64,000 nucleotides of DNA from the human T2T-CHM13v2.0 reference genome, Homo sapiens. The translations under genes and the position numbers were made by a program. The stretch lies in NCBI RefSeq assembly GCF_009914755.1, contig NC_060927.1. One strand, written 5' to 3'. The notes under the pieces were generated by a model. The model searched no databases. It was not told the origin of the DNA and saw nothing but the letters and a program-made list of their open reading frames with translations. Each line of letters starts with the position of its first letter. The first letter of the stretch is position 1. Below, piece by piece: positions 13,477-44,667 of the stretch.

Positions 13477-15057
13477 CTTGTTTGACCATTTTGGACCTTG
13501 GAAACTGGTAAGTTTCCTGGGACTATGAGCTTTGGCTTAGGAGAAGGGTGACAGATGTGTTAGCAGCCTTGCCATCACTCACCCCTCACCAATTCCAGTG
13601 AGACCTTTGTCCAATGAGGTTAATTGGACATTTGAGGAAGATGGCTTCCCGTGCTTAACCAGGGCCCTTTTGATTTTATTCCCCCAGTCAGATGTTACAT
13701 AATTTCAAGTGTCAGACTTAAGGTCTTTTTCTCCTACATCAAAAGTCACATCATCCCCAATATATTAAAGGAAAAAAGCGAAGAGTGGAACCATGCATAT
13801 GGTGTGCTATATTTTGTATTTTTAAGGTTACATATAGTGCTCATTTCTGTGCAGACTCTCTGGAAAAACACATGAGCTGGGAAGAGGGGCTGTTTCTGAG
13901 ACAGGAAACTCGGGGATGGGGTCAGGGCACGGCATTCCTTTTCCCTGCTTATTCTTCGGTACTGTTCACACATTTAGCCATGTTCGTGTATGACTTGAAC
14001 AAAGAAACATCAGGGAAAACAAAGCAAAACAAACAAAAATGGGCACCTTGGATACAGGCTAAATGGTGCTGTGTTGTTGGACTCCAATGAGCCTCCTTGA
14101 TTGCAGAAAGATAACAAAATCCTCGAGTCCCAGCCAGCCCACTAGGTGTTTGTCACACTGGGGCCCCAAAGACCTCCAACACTGACCTTGGTGACAAATA
14201 TAATGTGGTGGATGTTGCAATAGAGGTAGGGCGCACATGAGGGCTGGGGGCACTTGGCCCGGGCTCTGGAATAGGGCAGGGCATGGGGGGGGCAGAGCCA
14301 AGGCCCCCAGGGAGGGAGAGCATGGGGTATGCAGGGCGGAGGACATCCTCCTGGAGCAGGGGTTCAGGGTGGGACCCTGGCAGAAGGTGGGGCTGGCTCA
14401 ATAAGCCAGATAGCAGAGACCTTCATGGTGGCCAAGACTGAGCTCTCTCCGATGGTGATGGGAGCCGCTGAAGGATTTATGGGCAGAGGGTGGGACTGAG
14501 GGTGGGACTGAGGGTGGGCTGTGGTCAGATTTGTATTTCAGAGGATGACACTGATGCTTCCTGGGCTGGCTGAGTTGGAGGACAATTCGAAGGCAGAGAA
14601 ACCAGGTGGGAGTGGCCTTTATCCCTCAACACTGTGAGACGTGATGGTGGCCTGACCTCAGAGAGGAGGGGGCAGACTCTTAAAACAGTTAATTGCCCAA
14701 ATCACAGGGGCAGCTGGGGCCTTGGTGTTTCTGGTCATTGCGTGTGGAACAGGACCCCTCATGAGGACTGAAAGCTGACGCTCTTCCTCCCCCTGCAGCC
14801 TCTCGCATGACAGGGTTGAGCAGGGCCAGTGACAGTGGATGGGGCTCTGGCTCAGGGCATGAAGATCATCATTTTGGTCTACAAATGCCCCTGGTTCCCT
14901 TTTAGACAATTCAGGGGAGGTATGAGACCAAGAGAGATACAAAAGATTCTCCTTCCAATTTGGCTCAAGTCAGAATAAATTCAGGTCAAAAAATGAAAGC
15001 AGTTGGATCACTCTTGTTTCCTAAGTACAGGGAGCAGTTCATATCTGTTAGAGACAT

Positions 15058-15063
15058 TTTATT
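15058..15063 (-). terminator. DNASE1L3: DNASE1L3 polyadenylation signal AATAAA
   Basis: TTTATT on + strand, about 40 nt past the stop codon. Confidence 0.75.
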
Positions 15064-15102
15064 TAGAGGCAAGAAATGGTTAATAAGATGAGACCCTTGG
15101 GT

Positions 15103-15219
15103 CTAGGAGCGTTTGCTCTTTGTTTTCTTCCTTAGAGTGACAGATTTTTTGCTGTTGGTGAAGGCCCTTGAAGACTGTAGTTTAAATTCAACTGGAAAGT
15201 GGTCGCTGACATCCAGGGC
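15103..15219 (-). CDS. DNASE1L3: DNASE1L3 coding exon 8 (SDHFPV catalytic motif, basic C-terminal tail, stop)
   Basis: 117 nt, ALDVSDHFPVEFKLQSSRAFTNSKKSVTLRKKTKSKRS*; the eight exons sum to 918 nt = 305 aa + stop. Confidence 0.98.
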   Translation of the reverse strand, partial: ALDVSDHFPVEFKLQSSRAFTNSKKSVTLRKKTKSKRS

Positions 15220-15466
15220 CTATAAGGAGAAAGGGGAGGTAGACATGGAAATTAGGAGATGCCTGGGAGATGCTTTCATTTTAGCGATGAGCAAATTTAG
15301 GACCAGGGAGGGGAGAGGAAATGCCCGAAGTCACCCCACAGAACACTTACTGGTAAGCGTCATTCCAAGACCAGCTCGATCAGAAATTTTGGAGGGGCCT
15401 CAAATCACAGAATCATAGGCATTGAGGGTCAAGGTCTAGTGCCCAATGTTGTGTCTTCAGTGGTGA

Positions 15467-20172
<4,706 letters not shown>

Positions 20173-20243
20173 GCCACCTTGCGTCTTTCCTAGTGCACAC
20201 CAAGCACTGTGGTGAGCCAGCAGCACCCTGCAGGGCCTCCTAC

Positions 20244-20401
20244 CTGTCATATGCACAGTTGGTGCTCTTCTTCACCGTGGTGTCCTCTTGGTCCCCGATC
20301 AGCCAAACAAACCTGGGGTCAGTCCTCAAGCGGATGTTCTTCCAGGCCTTCTTGGGGACGTAGCTGCAGCCGGCATTGAAGTCACCCATGAAAATGAAAT
20401 T
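20244..20401 (-). CDS. DNASE1L3: DNASE1L3 coding exon 6 (GDFNAGCSY motif)
   Basis: 158 nt, [52 protein letters not shown](R); acceptor TTTTAG|, donor CAG|GTAGGA. Confidence 0.98.
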
Positions 20402-20508
20402 CTAAAAGACAAGATTTGGAACTGTCACCTGGTGGGTGCTGCTGCAGAATGCTTTCACACTGGACTCTAGCAAAGACTCTGCGTCCCAGGCCCAGTAAAC
20501 AACAGGGT

Positions 20509-20921
20509 CTGTTATGGGCTGAATCTTGTCTACCCCCTGCTCCCGCCCCGGCCAAATTCCTATGTTGAAGTTCTAACCCCCAGCACCTTAGAATGCGACT
20601 GTATTTGGAGATAGAACCTTTCAAGAGGGAATTAAGGTAAAATGAGGTCATATGGATGGGCTCTAATCCAATATGACTGGCGTTCTTGTAAAAAGGGGAA
20701 ATTAGGACACAGAAAAGTGGAGCAAAGACCATGTAAAGACACTGGAAGAAGATGGCCGTCTACAAACCAAGGAGAGAGGCCCCCAAAAGACACCAGCCCT
20801 GCTGGCACACCTTGTTCTGGGACTCCAGCCTCCAGAACGGTGACGAACTCACTTTCTATTGTTTAAACTTCCCAGTCTTCAGTATGGTACTTTGTTATGG
20901 CAGCTCTAGCAAATGAATATA
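20509..20921 (+). mobile_element. MLT1B-like MaLR solo LTR
   Basis: TGTTATGGGCTGAAT...GAATGCGACTGTATTTGGAGATAG...TTTGTTATGGCAGCTCTAGCAAATGAATA. Confidence 0.8.
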
Positions 20922-21797
20922 AGGTCTTTAAAAATTTCTTTTTGTTGTTTAAAATTGAGTCACAGTTTTGATGAGTCGATGACAGGCGAGTGCGTACCAG
21001 GGAGGATGTTCTTAACAGGAAGGAGAATGTTTGCTGTTCTTAGTCGCCACATTTCCATAATTCAGCATGCAGAGTCAGGTGTGGATAAAAAAAATTTCAG
21101 TGAATCTATTCCCTCACATCTTTTGTCCCTGGCTCAAACTACTGTAGGGTGTAAATATACGAATGAATCAACGCCTTTTGCTTTCAAGCAGGAAAAGTGA
21201 ATTTGGGTGGTGTATTGACAACCCTGGCATCACTCTTTCTCTCCTATTGTTTTGAAGTTGGAAACTTATTTCTGTGAAAATTCAGTCCCTTGAGGAGGTG
21301 GGAGGCATCTTCAGGGGAGGGGACCATTGAGTGAGCTGTCCACCCCCACCCAAGGCCACCAAGAGAAACTTCCTATCTTGGAAATATTTTTCCCTGCAAG
21401 GCTCTTGGAACAGAATTTTCAACATTCCACAATCCAGAGGAAGTGCCAGATTTCCTTGTTTGTGCTATTGTTTGGTGGGGCATTGCTGACTTCAGAGTTT
21501 TCTTCAAGAACATTTTATTTTGACCTTGGTGATCACAATTTTCCCCGTGATTGATGGGTTCAGTTGAGGACAGAGTGTCATCCTTAACCTCAGTGATCAC
21601 CAGCTTCTGCTAATATAGACATGATTTGCTGAACATTCACTATGTGCCAGGCCTAGCACTAGGTGTTTTTAAATTTACACCTGGCAGCAATAAACAATAG
21701 GAGGTACAAGAGCCCACTAACTTCTATAGAAACAGGATTGAGAGATTAAGTGACCTGCTCTAGGCCACAGGACTGGGAGGTTCAAATGGTGAAGTCA

Positions 21798-22103
<306 letters not shown>

Positions 22104-23418
22104 GAATCACATCCCAGTCTGCTTCACTGAAGCAGTTTCCCCTCTTGTTCACTTTTAGGCCACTGATGCCTCCCCACAGCCCAACACTCAATAGATGCTC
22201 AATACATTCTTGTTTAATAAGTGAATGATTTCATAATTTTTGGAAAGAATGAATCTTTCTTTTGACCTATTTATTAATAAGCAATGAAACACACCCCTGG
22301 TCTTTTCCATGCCCCAGCTCTGATGGACTATGTTCACACTTTATTTGATTCATTTTGCATTTGAGCAGCAGAACTCAAGAGGAGGAAGGGGGATCACAGG
22401 AGTCACATTCCGAAACGAGAAAAGAGAAATACAGAAGAAGAACCCTTGGGTGCACTTCCATATTTACCAAGAGCTTTCACAGCCCCTCACAGCCACAAGT
22501 GGTCTCTTCCAAAAGTGGAAAGAACTGAGCCTATAGGGATGGCAAATATGTGCCCCCTTCTGTGAAAACAGCACCCCAAGTTCCTTTGGGAGACCACCCA
22601 TCCCTCCTCCACCTCAAACTGAGTTTGGGGTGGAGCTGGGGTGGACACAGATTTAGTCAATCAGAGTAGCTCAACACCCTGATCACAATGATTGGTTCAG
22701 GGATGGACACCTGACCCAGTCAGAGCCAATGAGACTCAGTCCCACACTATTTGTTGCCTTGTGGGAAAGAAAATTTATTTTGGTCTGGAGGCTGCTGGTG
22801 GCTGTCCTGCCATCCCAGGGATGGAGCCAACCTGAGAATGGAGCCACACAGAGGAAAGGGCAACCAGGAGATAGAAAGGAAGAGACAAATCAAGCTCTGA
22901 TTACCTTGTCTGAGCCCTGGATCCAGCTATGCCTGAAGTACTCCTGGACATTTCAGTTACACAAACCAATCAATTGCTCCTTTTTTTCATGAGCCATGTT
23001 AAGATTCTGTCCCTTGCAACTGAAACAATCCTGACTGCTCTATGCCTTACACTTCTCAATTGCAAAGTGGGAATGAGAAAGGTACTGTAGCTACCTCAAG
23101 GGATTATTGGGAGGATTAAATAAACTTGTCCATGTCAAGTCTCAGCACAGTGCCTGGCACTAGCTATTCACTCAGTAAATGTTGGCATCTGTTATTAATG
23201 GGAAAGTGTGGCAATTCCCAAGGCCCACATGCAGGGTACCCAGGCAGATTTAGCAAAAGGGATACTTAGGGCTGAAGAAAGGCCTTAAAGAATGCTGTAA
23301 GTGGTGGTAGCCTGCACATGCCCTTCCTCCTCCCCCTCCCTGGAGAGGTACTCATCCCACTCAGGGACCAGAGCCTGCCCCTGCTAGATGGGAATTCGTC
23401 TGACACAGCAGTCATCAC

Positions 23419-23531
23419 CTCCGCCTTCCAGCGGTGTTTCACGTCCGTGTAGACCTCAACCAACTCATCGATCTCCTTAACGGATGTCTCTGGGGTGGTG
23501 TGCAGGGGGATAATCACGAAGTCTTTGACAG
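23419..23531 (-). CDS. DNASE1L3: DNASE1L3 coding exon 5 (catalytic His in PLHTTP)
   Basis: 113 nt, AVKDFVIIPLHTTPETSVKEIDELVEVYTDVKHRWKAE; acceptor TCTCAG|, donor GAG|GTGATG. Confidence 0.98.
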
Positions 23532-23780
23532 CTGAGAAACAGGAAAGAGGCGGGGGTCACACACTTCCCCTGTCAAGGTCTCATAAACACTGCTGGAGGG
23601 AAACCGGCTGTCCCCTCCAGAAGGCACAGGCTGCATTATCTGGGTCCCCAGTTCCCAGAGGGTCCAGCCAGTGGCCGAGATTTTAATGATCTTGGGGTCA
23701 TTAGGCTGCCTATTTTTAGTACACGAAAGACTCATTTCTCCCAGTTGCCCTTCATGGCTAAGAGAAAGCTGGTAGACTGT

Positions 23781-24396
23781 TGTAGAAAGTAAAAAAGTTT
23801 CCTCTTCAAAGTTTCCCTTCTTATTAAAGAATAAATCATAAGTGTTAGAAATAATAGTTTCCTTTAAAGACTAACTTCCTTCAAGCCTCCTTGCTTTGTG
23901 CTAATAACTCTTTGTTAAGCTCTATCCTATGTAGCTGTTAGACATGCTCACAGGCACATAGTACATTCTATGTCCTTGTACCTTAACCAAGATATTTGTG
24001 CTGGACATTCCAGCTCACAGGCACATTCCAGCTCACAGCCTTTGCCCCTTCCCTATTTGGCATAAGCAACTTCCTCTTTTCCTTTGTTCTCCCTTGCCTT
24101 TACCTATTTAAGAAAGGTTTAAATTATTAGCCAGTCGGGTTAGCTTAGATTGTGTGGTCTGGCTCCAGCCAATAGAGAGACAGGACACAGTAGCAGGGAC
24201 AAGCTGAGTAAAGGATAAAAATTGCTTCCCTCCTTTATTCAGGTGTGCTCTCGCCATTGTTCCATCTGCAAGGAGCACCCTTTCTGCAGAAAGTAAAATT
24301 GGCTTGCTGAGAAAACTTTTTATCTGAATGTTGATTTTTCCTTGCAGTACCAGGGAACAAGCATTCTGTTTCTAAATAAACATTTTACTTATAACA
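23781..24396 (+). mobile_element. ERV1 solo LTR (LTR10B-like), antisense to DNASE1L3 in intron 4
   Basis: TG...CA termini, perfect 5-bp TSD ACTGT (23776-23780 / 24397-24401), CCAAT at about 24169, AATAAA at about 24375; subfamily from memory. Confidence 0.85.
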
Positions 24397-24480
24397 ACTG
24401 TGTTCCATGCTGGCATTGTGAGTGCTTTTATTTTCCCCTTTTTGTGTGTGTGGCAAATCTGTATTTTCTTTTGTTTCTGA

Positions 24481-27001
<2,521 letters not shown>

Positions 27002-27190
27002 TGAGTCATGGCATTCTGAGAAGCAAGCCTGGTGCCATCACACTGAACTGCATCGTCTACATTGAAGTATTAGAAGCAATGCACTGTCACATCCAGCCTA
27101 ATGCCTCCTTAATGGGCTCATGCTCAAGGCTGCTGCGCATTCATGGGCCGTTGGGGAGGTCCCAGACAGAAAGGCCTGTGTGGGTCTTAC

Positions 27191-27303
27191 CAGTGTGGGG
27201 AGATTGGAACCAGACCACAAAGGGCTCCCTGGAAAACACATCTGCGTCTCCATCCTGATAGTCATGGTAGTGATAACTCCTCTTCACAGACACCAGCTTT
27301 TCC
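27191..27303 (-). CDS. DNASE1L3: DNASE1L3 coding exon 4
   Basis: 113 nt, EKLVSVKRSYHYHDYQDGDADVFSREPFVVWFQSPHT; acceptor TTATAG|, donor CTG|GTAAGA. Confidence 0.98.
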
Positions 27304-27892
27304 CTATAAGAAGGAAAAGGAAGTCCTCCCAGCTGAGTCAGCCCTTTTCTTACTACTTTCATGAAGCAGAGATGTAGGTTCCCATGGCTTTCTCAGAAGC
27401 CAGAGCAGGCTCAAGCACAGGATCGTTTTCCTGAGAACAAGGCTAAGTCAACTCTTCTCAACAGCCAGGGAGCTGTTGCGAATCTGGGAGCTGAAGATCT
27501 GAGCCATACTAGTTATCTGTGGCACCCAAAAGTTAATGTTCAGACTTAAGAAATTACTAGCAGGAAGAGGAAAAGAATACGAAGTTCAGGAATCAGCTGT
27601 GCTGAGAACCTCAGCTTTCCAGCCCTGGGCCAGGACTTGACTATGAGGAGTAAAGAACACCTGGCCTGCCAACCATGGAGCCAACCAACAAATTAGGTGT
27701 TTGGAGACCCCTTGTGTTTTCAGCTTGAAGAGTCAATACTTTGCATAGGCCCCTAGTTTTGACAGCAATTATTTTGATGAACACTGAGAATTGGTTAGAA
27801 ATCAAAATTTGGTTTTGAAGAAAAGACATGCATTTTGATTCAATTCACGATTTATTGGTGGCCATGTTCCAGGGAGCATAGGTGATACTTAC

Positions 27893-27982
27893 TTGTAGAG
27901 AAAGGCATATTGTTCTTTATATGTGTTTCTTCCAAGCCGAGAGCTAATCACATAGTTGTACGTTATGCCTCTCCTTGAATTT
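27893..27982 (-). CDS. DNASE1L3: DNASE1L3 coding exon 3
   Basis: 90 nt, NSRRGITYNYVISSRLGRNTYKEQYAFLY(K); acceptor TTTCTAG|, donor CAA|GTAAGT. Confidence 0.98.
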
Positions 27983-29510
27983 CTAGAAAACAAAGATTTA
28001 ACACTGCATCTTGAAGAGTAAACATTCCCCTACTGTACATGTTCCTTTCTTTCCAATCTGCCTCCATACGCCCAATGGCATCATGTGGAAGGGCCACTGT
28101 TCATCATAACCTTTGAGTCCAATGAGAGGAGCCACCATTGATTGGCTGGAATGTGGCATCTGCCACGATCTTTACAGCCATTATTTCTTGCCTTATGAGG
28201 AGAGTGTTATCATTACCCCCTTTCTATGGTTTGCAAGCCCAAAGCTGGGATTTGAACCTAGATCCAACTCACCCCAAAACCCGCATGCTTTGGCCTGTAC
28301 CTGTGGGAGGCCACTGAGACCCTAGAAGACAATCTTGGCCAGAATCAGCCCCTGACCCCGCTCATGCCCATGGCTGCAGCTGCAGCTCATGCTTTCTGGT
28401 GGAATAAATGTCATCAGGCCACCTGTCCGTGTCCACGAACCACTCCTGAGCATTTATGATAAGCAGGAATATTCTCTCCTCTGAAAGCCTCCAGGCATTT
28501 TTTTACAAGCTTTGGGACCACGATTTCAATTCACTGTTGTTTATATCCTGGGTGCTGGGGATACAGCCATGAAGTCCCATTGACCTTGCCCCTCACCTGC
28601 ACCAGGGAAAGCGGACTCTTTCTGTGTGTTTACCAAACCTGCTGATAACTCCACTCTGGGCAGAGCCTAACATAATTTCACTCTATCTGCTCACAAAAAG
28701 ATCTAGGGCATGTCTAAAGCTGCAGCATATTCTCAGATTCAGTTGGAAAAAAAGCAGAAGGGGTATTTAGGGGCCAACTTAGACCTTACAGAAATTCCTG
28801 GGACTTCAGATGCAGTATGCTAAGGCAGACTTAGCCCCTGGGGCCCCAGGAGTGTGAACAGTAGGTTCTGCCGGGCTTCCACTTTGGGGAGACTGGCCCT
28901 ATTTTGAACATAGCCTGCCAAGTCCTGAGTTAGCAAACTGCTTGTGGTGACTCAGTTGCAAAGTGACTAAGGCCCATCCTGGCTTGTGGGGGATAAAGAG
29001 ACAAACAGGCTTGGCTCTGCTTGGAGTCCGCGACAGTCTAGATAGGTTGGGGTGTGCCAAGACCACTGGTGGTGAAAAGACTCGCCCCAGACTGACTGTG
29101 GAGGAGATGACTGGAGCCTACCTGTCCCCTCAGTCCCCCACAAACCTGTCCCCTCAGTCTCCCATAAACCTGACTGGGGACACTCCAAGGAAGGCTGAGA
29201 TGACAAAGAATAGAGCACTGGCTATGAGATCAGATGTGACGCAAGTTCAAAGGTAGGCTTGGCCACTTCCTGGCTGGGTGACTCAGGCAGGTCCCCCACT
29301 CAGTTCCCTTACTATAAGGGAAGCCCTTAGGCAGACTGACATGGATTCTTGCCTGTCCCTACAATTGTCCTACACATGCCTTCCCTATGATGGATAAGCC
29401 CAGAGCCTGGGGGATGATGGCACCAGGATCTACCATCTCATCTTGCTCCTGCCCAAGACCCAGACATGGCTTTTGTTCAAAAGTCCCTATTAAGTGTTTC
29501 TTGCTGAGAT

Positions 29511-31516
<2,006 letters not shown>

Positions 31517-32449
31517 CCTATAGGAGGTGCTTGGTCAATGGGCGCTAGGGATAATCCTATTCTGAATGCCTGGCATTCTCGGGTGACTGTGAGTGCCCTG
31601 TAGGGTAGCTCTTGCAGTGTTTTGGGGATGGCCTCTTGGTAGGATGGGGAGGGTGAGGCAGCCTTGACAAGGACTTCGGACATGCTCTGCAGGACACAGC
31701 TGCTCAGGGGAGATGCAGAGTTCAAGCCCCCACGATGGACTCACCAAGGAACAAAAAGACAGCCGGGTTTCATCAGTGAGGAAGGAGATGGGAACTCAGT
31801 GGCTACCCAGGCTCCACGGGCCATGTGTGAAGTGGGGAAAATCATTGCCTTGCATGTCAGGGTTTCCCATTGAACAATCTTGTCATGGCTCCCACAGGCT
31901 TGGCATTGCTATCCTGGCTAAACACCACCATCTAGAAGGCCTTGGTTACCTCCCAAAGGGCAGGGCCACCTGGGTCTGAGAGGCTCGTCCAAGGAAGAAC
32001 AGAGCCTGCCAGTCCTCACTCCAATCCTCCTTCCCAGTGACAGCAACAGCAGCGGCTCTGGCTCATGAATACCCACCTTGCTGCAGGCTCTGCTGGGTGC
32101 CTCAGGCACCCTGAGTTCTCTTCACCAGCCAGTGCTACAGGTGGTATTTGGATGTGGTCACCATTTTACTAGGGGAGCTGGTGGTTCAGGGAGGGGCAGG
32201 GCCTCCCAAGCTCACAAGTCTGGTAGGTGGAATCTGGACCCAGGGCTCCTGGCCCCCCTACCACACCATGGTGTCTCAGGTTTCCTAAGGTAATAAGTAC
32301 CTTTCCAGAGTCCCGGGAAAGGGTTAAGTTGCCAGCATCAAAAATTAATTAACCTGTAGGATAAAGGGAGTCAATTGACTCCAGAGAAAGCAAGCAGTGT
32401 CCCCAGACATTGGGTATATCACCCAAGGAAAGCGTAAGCGAAAGTGGAA

Positions 32450-32716
32450 GGAGTGGGGAAGTAGAGGAGAGGGAGAGAGGAAGGAAGGAGGAGAAGAAGA
32501 AAGAAAGACAAAGAGAGGGAGGGATGATGAGGATGGGAGAGAGAAGGAAGGAAGGAAAAAAGTAAGGAAGGGAAAGGAAGAAAGAAACAAAGAAAAAGAG
32601 AAAGGAAGAAGAAAGAAAAGACAGAAAGAAGAAAGAAAAAGGAAGAAAGAAAAAGAAAGAAAGAAAGAGAGAAAGAAAGAAAAGAAAGAAAGAAGAAAAG
32701 GAAAGAGAGAGAAAGG
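32450..32716. repeat. GA-rich polypurine low-complexity tract in DNASE1L3 intron 1
   Basis: Almost pure A/G for about 260 nt. Confidence 0.9.
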
Positions 32717-33172
32717 AGCTGGGCTTTGCTGGTGAAAAGGAGTAGCTGTATAAGGTTACTTCATCTTTCTTTGTTCATCACCTCTACATGGGGAGTAATA
32801 GTCCCTCTTCATAAAGATTATGAAGTGAAACCATGTGCTTATAGTGCCTGATACAGGCATTCAATAAATAGCAATAAAAATCATAATGGCTAACCCTTAT
32901 CTGGAACGTATAATGAGCCAGATACTACATTAAGAGCTTTCCATTTGCCAACTCCTGTAGTCCCCCCAGCAACCCTGGAGGGAACCATTGTTATCACCCC
33001 TGTTTTAAGATGACGGCAGGAGGTACAGAGAGTTGAAGTGGTTATTGTTCCAAGCCAGCTTCTACATTCCCCCTAAGGGCCAACTTTAAGTTCCTTGAGT
33101 CTCTTAAAGTCTGCAGACAGGAGAGAGGGTGTGAGGGGTGTCTGGGATCCTCCTCCCAGGAAAGGGGCTCAC

Positions 33173-33313
33173 CTTCACAATGACATCCATGGCATTCTTG
33201 TCTTCCTGCTTGCTTTCCCCAAAGGACCTGACGTTGAAGGAGCAGATCCTCATGGCCAGGGCGCTGTGGATGGAGAGGAGGAGAAGCAGCAGTGGGGCCA
33301 GCTCCCGTGACAT
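33173..33313 (-). CDS. DNASE1L3: DNASE1L3 coding exon 1 (signal peptide + start of DNase I domain, aa 1-47)
   Basis: Translates [47 protein letters not shown]; 141 nt; donor AAG|GTGAGC on minus strand. Confidence 0.99.
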
Positions 33314-33374
33314 CCTGGTGCTGCTCTGGCTTCAAGACTCTGTGAGAAGACAGCAGTGCTTGGAGTGCTGGATT

Positions 33375-33720
33375 CTGGCCACTTCCGCAGGCTCCACTGA
33401 CTTATAAAGCCTGCAGATAACAGGAATTACTGGATTTCTCCTTGCAACTTTCAGTTCTCTGAGGAACTGAAGATCATGGGTTTTAATCCCCAAGGAAATA
33501 CAGATACATTGGGCTAGCCTTTTAGGAGCCCTTATGTTCGTCACCCTGGTGCGGAAATTGGCATGCCTCATTTAGGCGCCATCCTCCACAAAGTCACTCA
33601 TATCCCAACCGGGAGCCAGCTCTGACATCTAGTCATCGGTCCTGCGGTTGCATGCCATGTGCCTTTTCCTGACAGTGGATGAACTCGGAAGTGGTCCACC
33701 CTAGAGGGCACCTGGGGTGA
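33375..33720 (-). promoter_or_regulatory. DNASE1L3: DNASE1L3 proximal promoter (TATA-like TTTATAA at 33402-33408, adjacent GATA and ETS motifs)
   Basis: TATA-like element about 90 nt upstream of the ATG; AGATAA 33415-33420; CAGGAA 33421-33426; CGGAAGT at about 33687. Confidence 0.6.
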
Positions 33721-34300
33721 CGGAACCTTCTGCTGGGGGACAATGAGGCAGGAGGCATGGGAAATTCTGCTCGGTTTTCTCTAAATCACTGGGATTTGGC
33801 GGCCTGCTGTCCTCAGACACACCCAGACTGTGACTCTAATTGCCCTGGTGGTGTAAAGTAAGGTCAAGAGTAGTTTGAATTACTTAATTTTTTTAGGCAG
33901 CTTTACCGTACAAATACTAGGAGTGTGTTGCCAGAGAAAGCAATTGGGGATCTGATGGAATGGATGAGGAAAATGTCCCTGGACTCTGCGAGCAAATAGC
34001 CCGTGAAACCCATGGAGAGACCCGTGATTGAAGCTGATATTAATTTAATATTGGCGAGAGTTGTGTGACCCTGGGAGAGAAAGGTCTTGTAAGAACTGTA
34101 GGATATCAACTCAAGCAAAATGACTTTTAGAGATATGGGCAGGAAACTATGAAGATCTGTAAAGCAAAAAAAAATTAAAAAAAAAAGCAAAATCCAATCA
34201 AGGTATATTAATGGACTTTGGCAAAGACAATTCTGTGAAAAGGGTAGGGAATAAGAATAACTCCAAGCCAGCATCGGGATCTGTGGACCAACCCCTCTTA

Positions 34301-40950
<6,650 letters not shown>

Positions 40951-41089
40951 TTAACAGCTCTTAATAACAGTAGCTAACATTTATTGAGAGCTTGCTATTT
41001 GACACTCCTTTCTGCATTTGATTTGGGGGTATTTTCCCTTTGGAACATACTGTGTAGTGTGCTTATGTTGGATTAAAATTGTAGCGATA

Positions 41090-44038
<2,949 letters not shown>

Positions 44039-44667
44039 TAACAGTGGCTGTGGGTTCTGACCTGTGGTAGACCCATATTACACATCTTTACATGGACTCG
44101 GTCCTTTAAACCTCACAACTACCTGACTACTATTATTCTCTTCATTTTACTGATGAGGAAACTGAGCTTCAGAGAGGGCAAGTCACCTCTCCAGGTCTCA
44201 CATCACATCTGGTAAGAGGCGTGGCCAGGACTGTTTGACACCAGAGTGTGACCACCTGGTCAGTCTCCTATAGCATTTCTTCTCTGGCACATAACAGTGA
44301 CAAGGCCCTGCCACTATTCCAGCTCAGAACACTGAGAACAATCCATGTCCCTGACCCCAGATTCCCAGCAAATGGAAATGCTTTCTCTCCATATTCTGAA
44401 AGCTTCTGTGTGTCCCATACATACATAAGGAGCCTGAGGGCTTGGGGGACACCCTGGCTGTGAGCAGAGGGCCCCAGAAAATCATCTGTTGTTCTTTGGG
44501 AGAAGGCTTCCCTCCTGAATCATCATGCATTAGGCATGATCTATAAATTTATCTATAAATCTATCTAAAACCACACCAGTTCTAAAGACAAGGTTTGCAG
44601 TGCAGGTAGGAGCACGTGTAAATCCTTAACTACACAGTGACTCATGAATGATTTTCCAGGCAGGAAT

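Noticed and set aside
29120-29172. 24-bp tandem duplication ACCTGTCCCCTCAGTC(C/T)CCCA(C/T)AA in DNASE1L3 intron 2
   Set aside because: Only about two diverged copies; ordinary local duplication with no sign of function.
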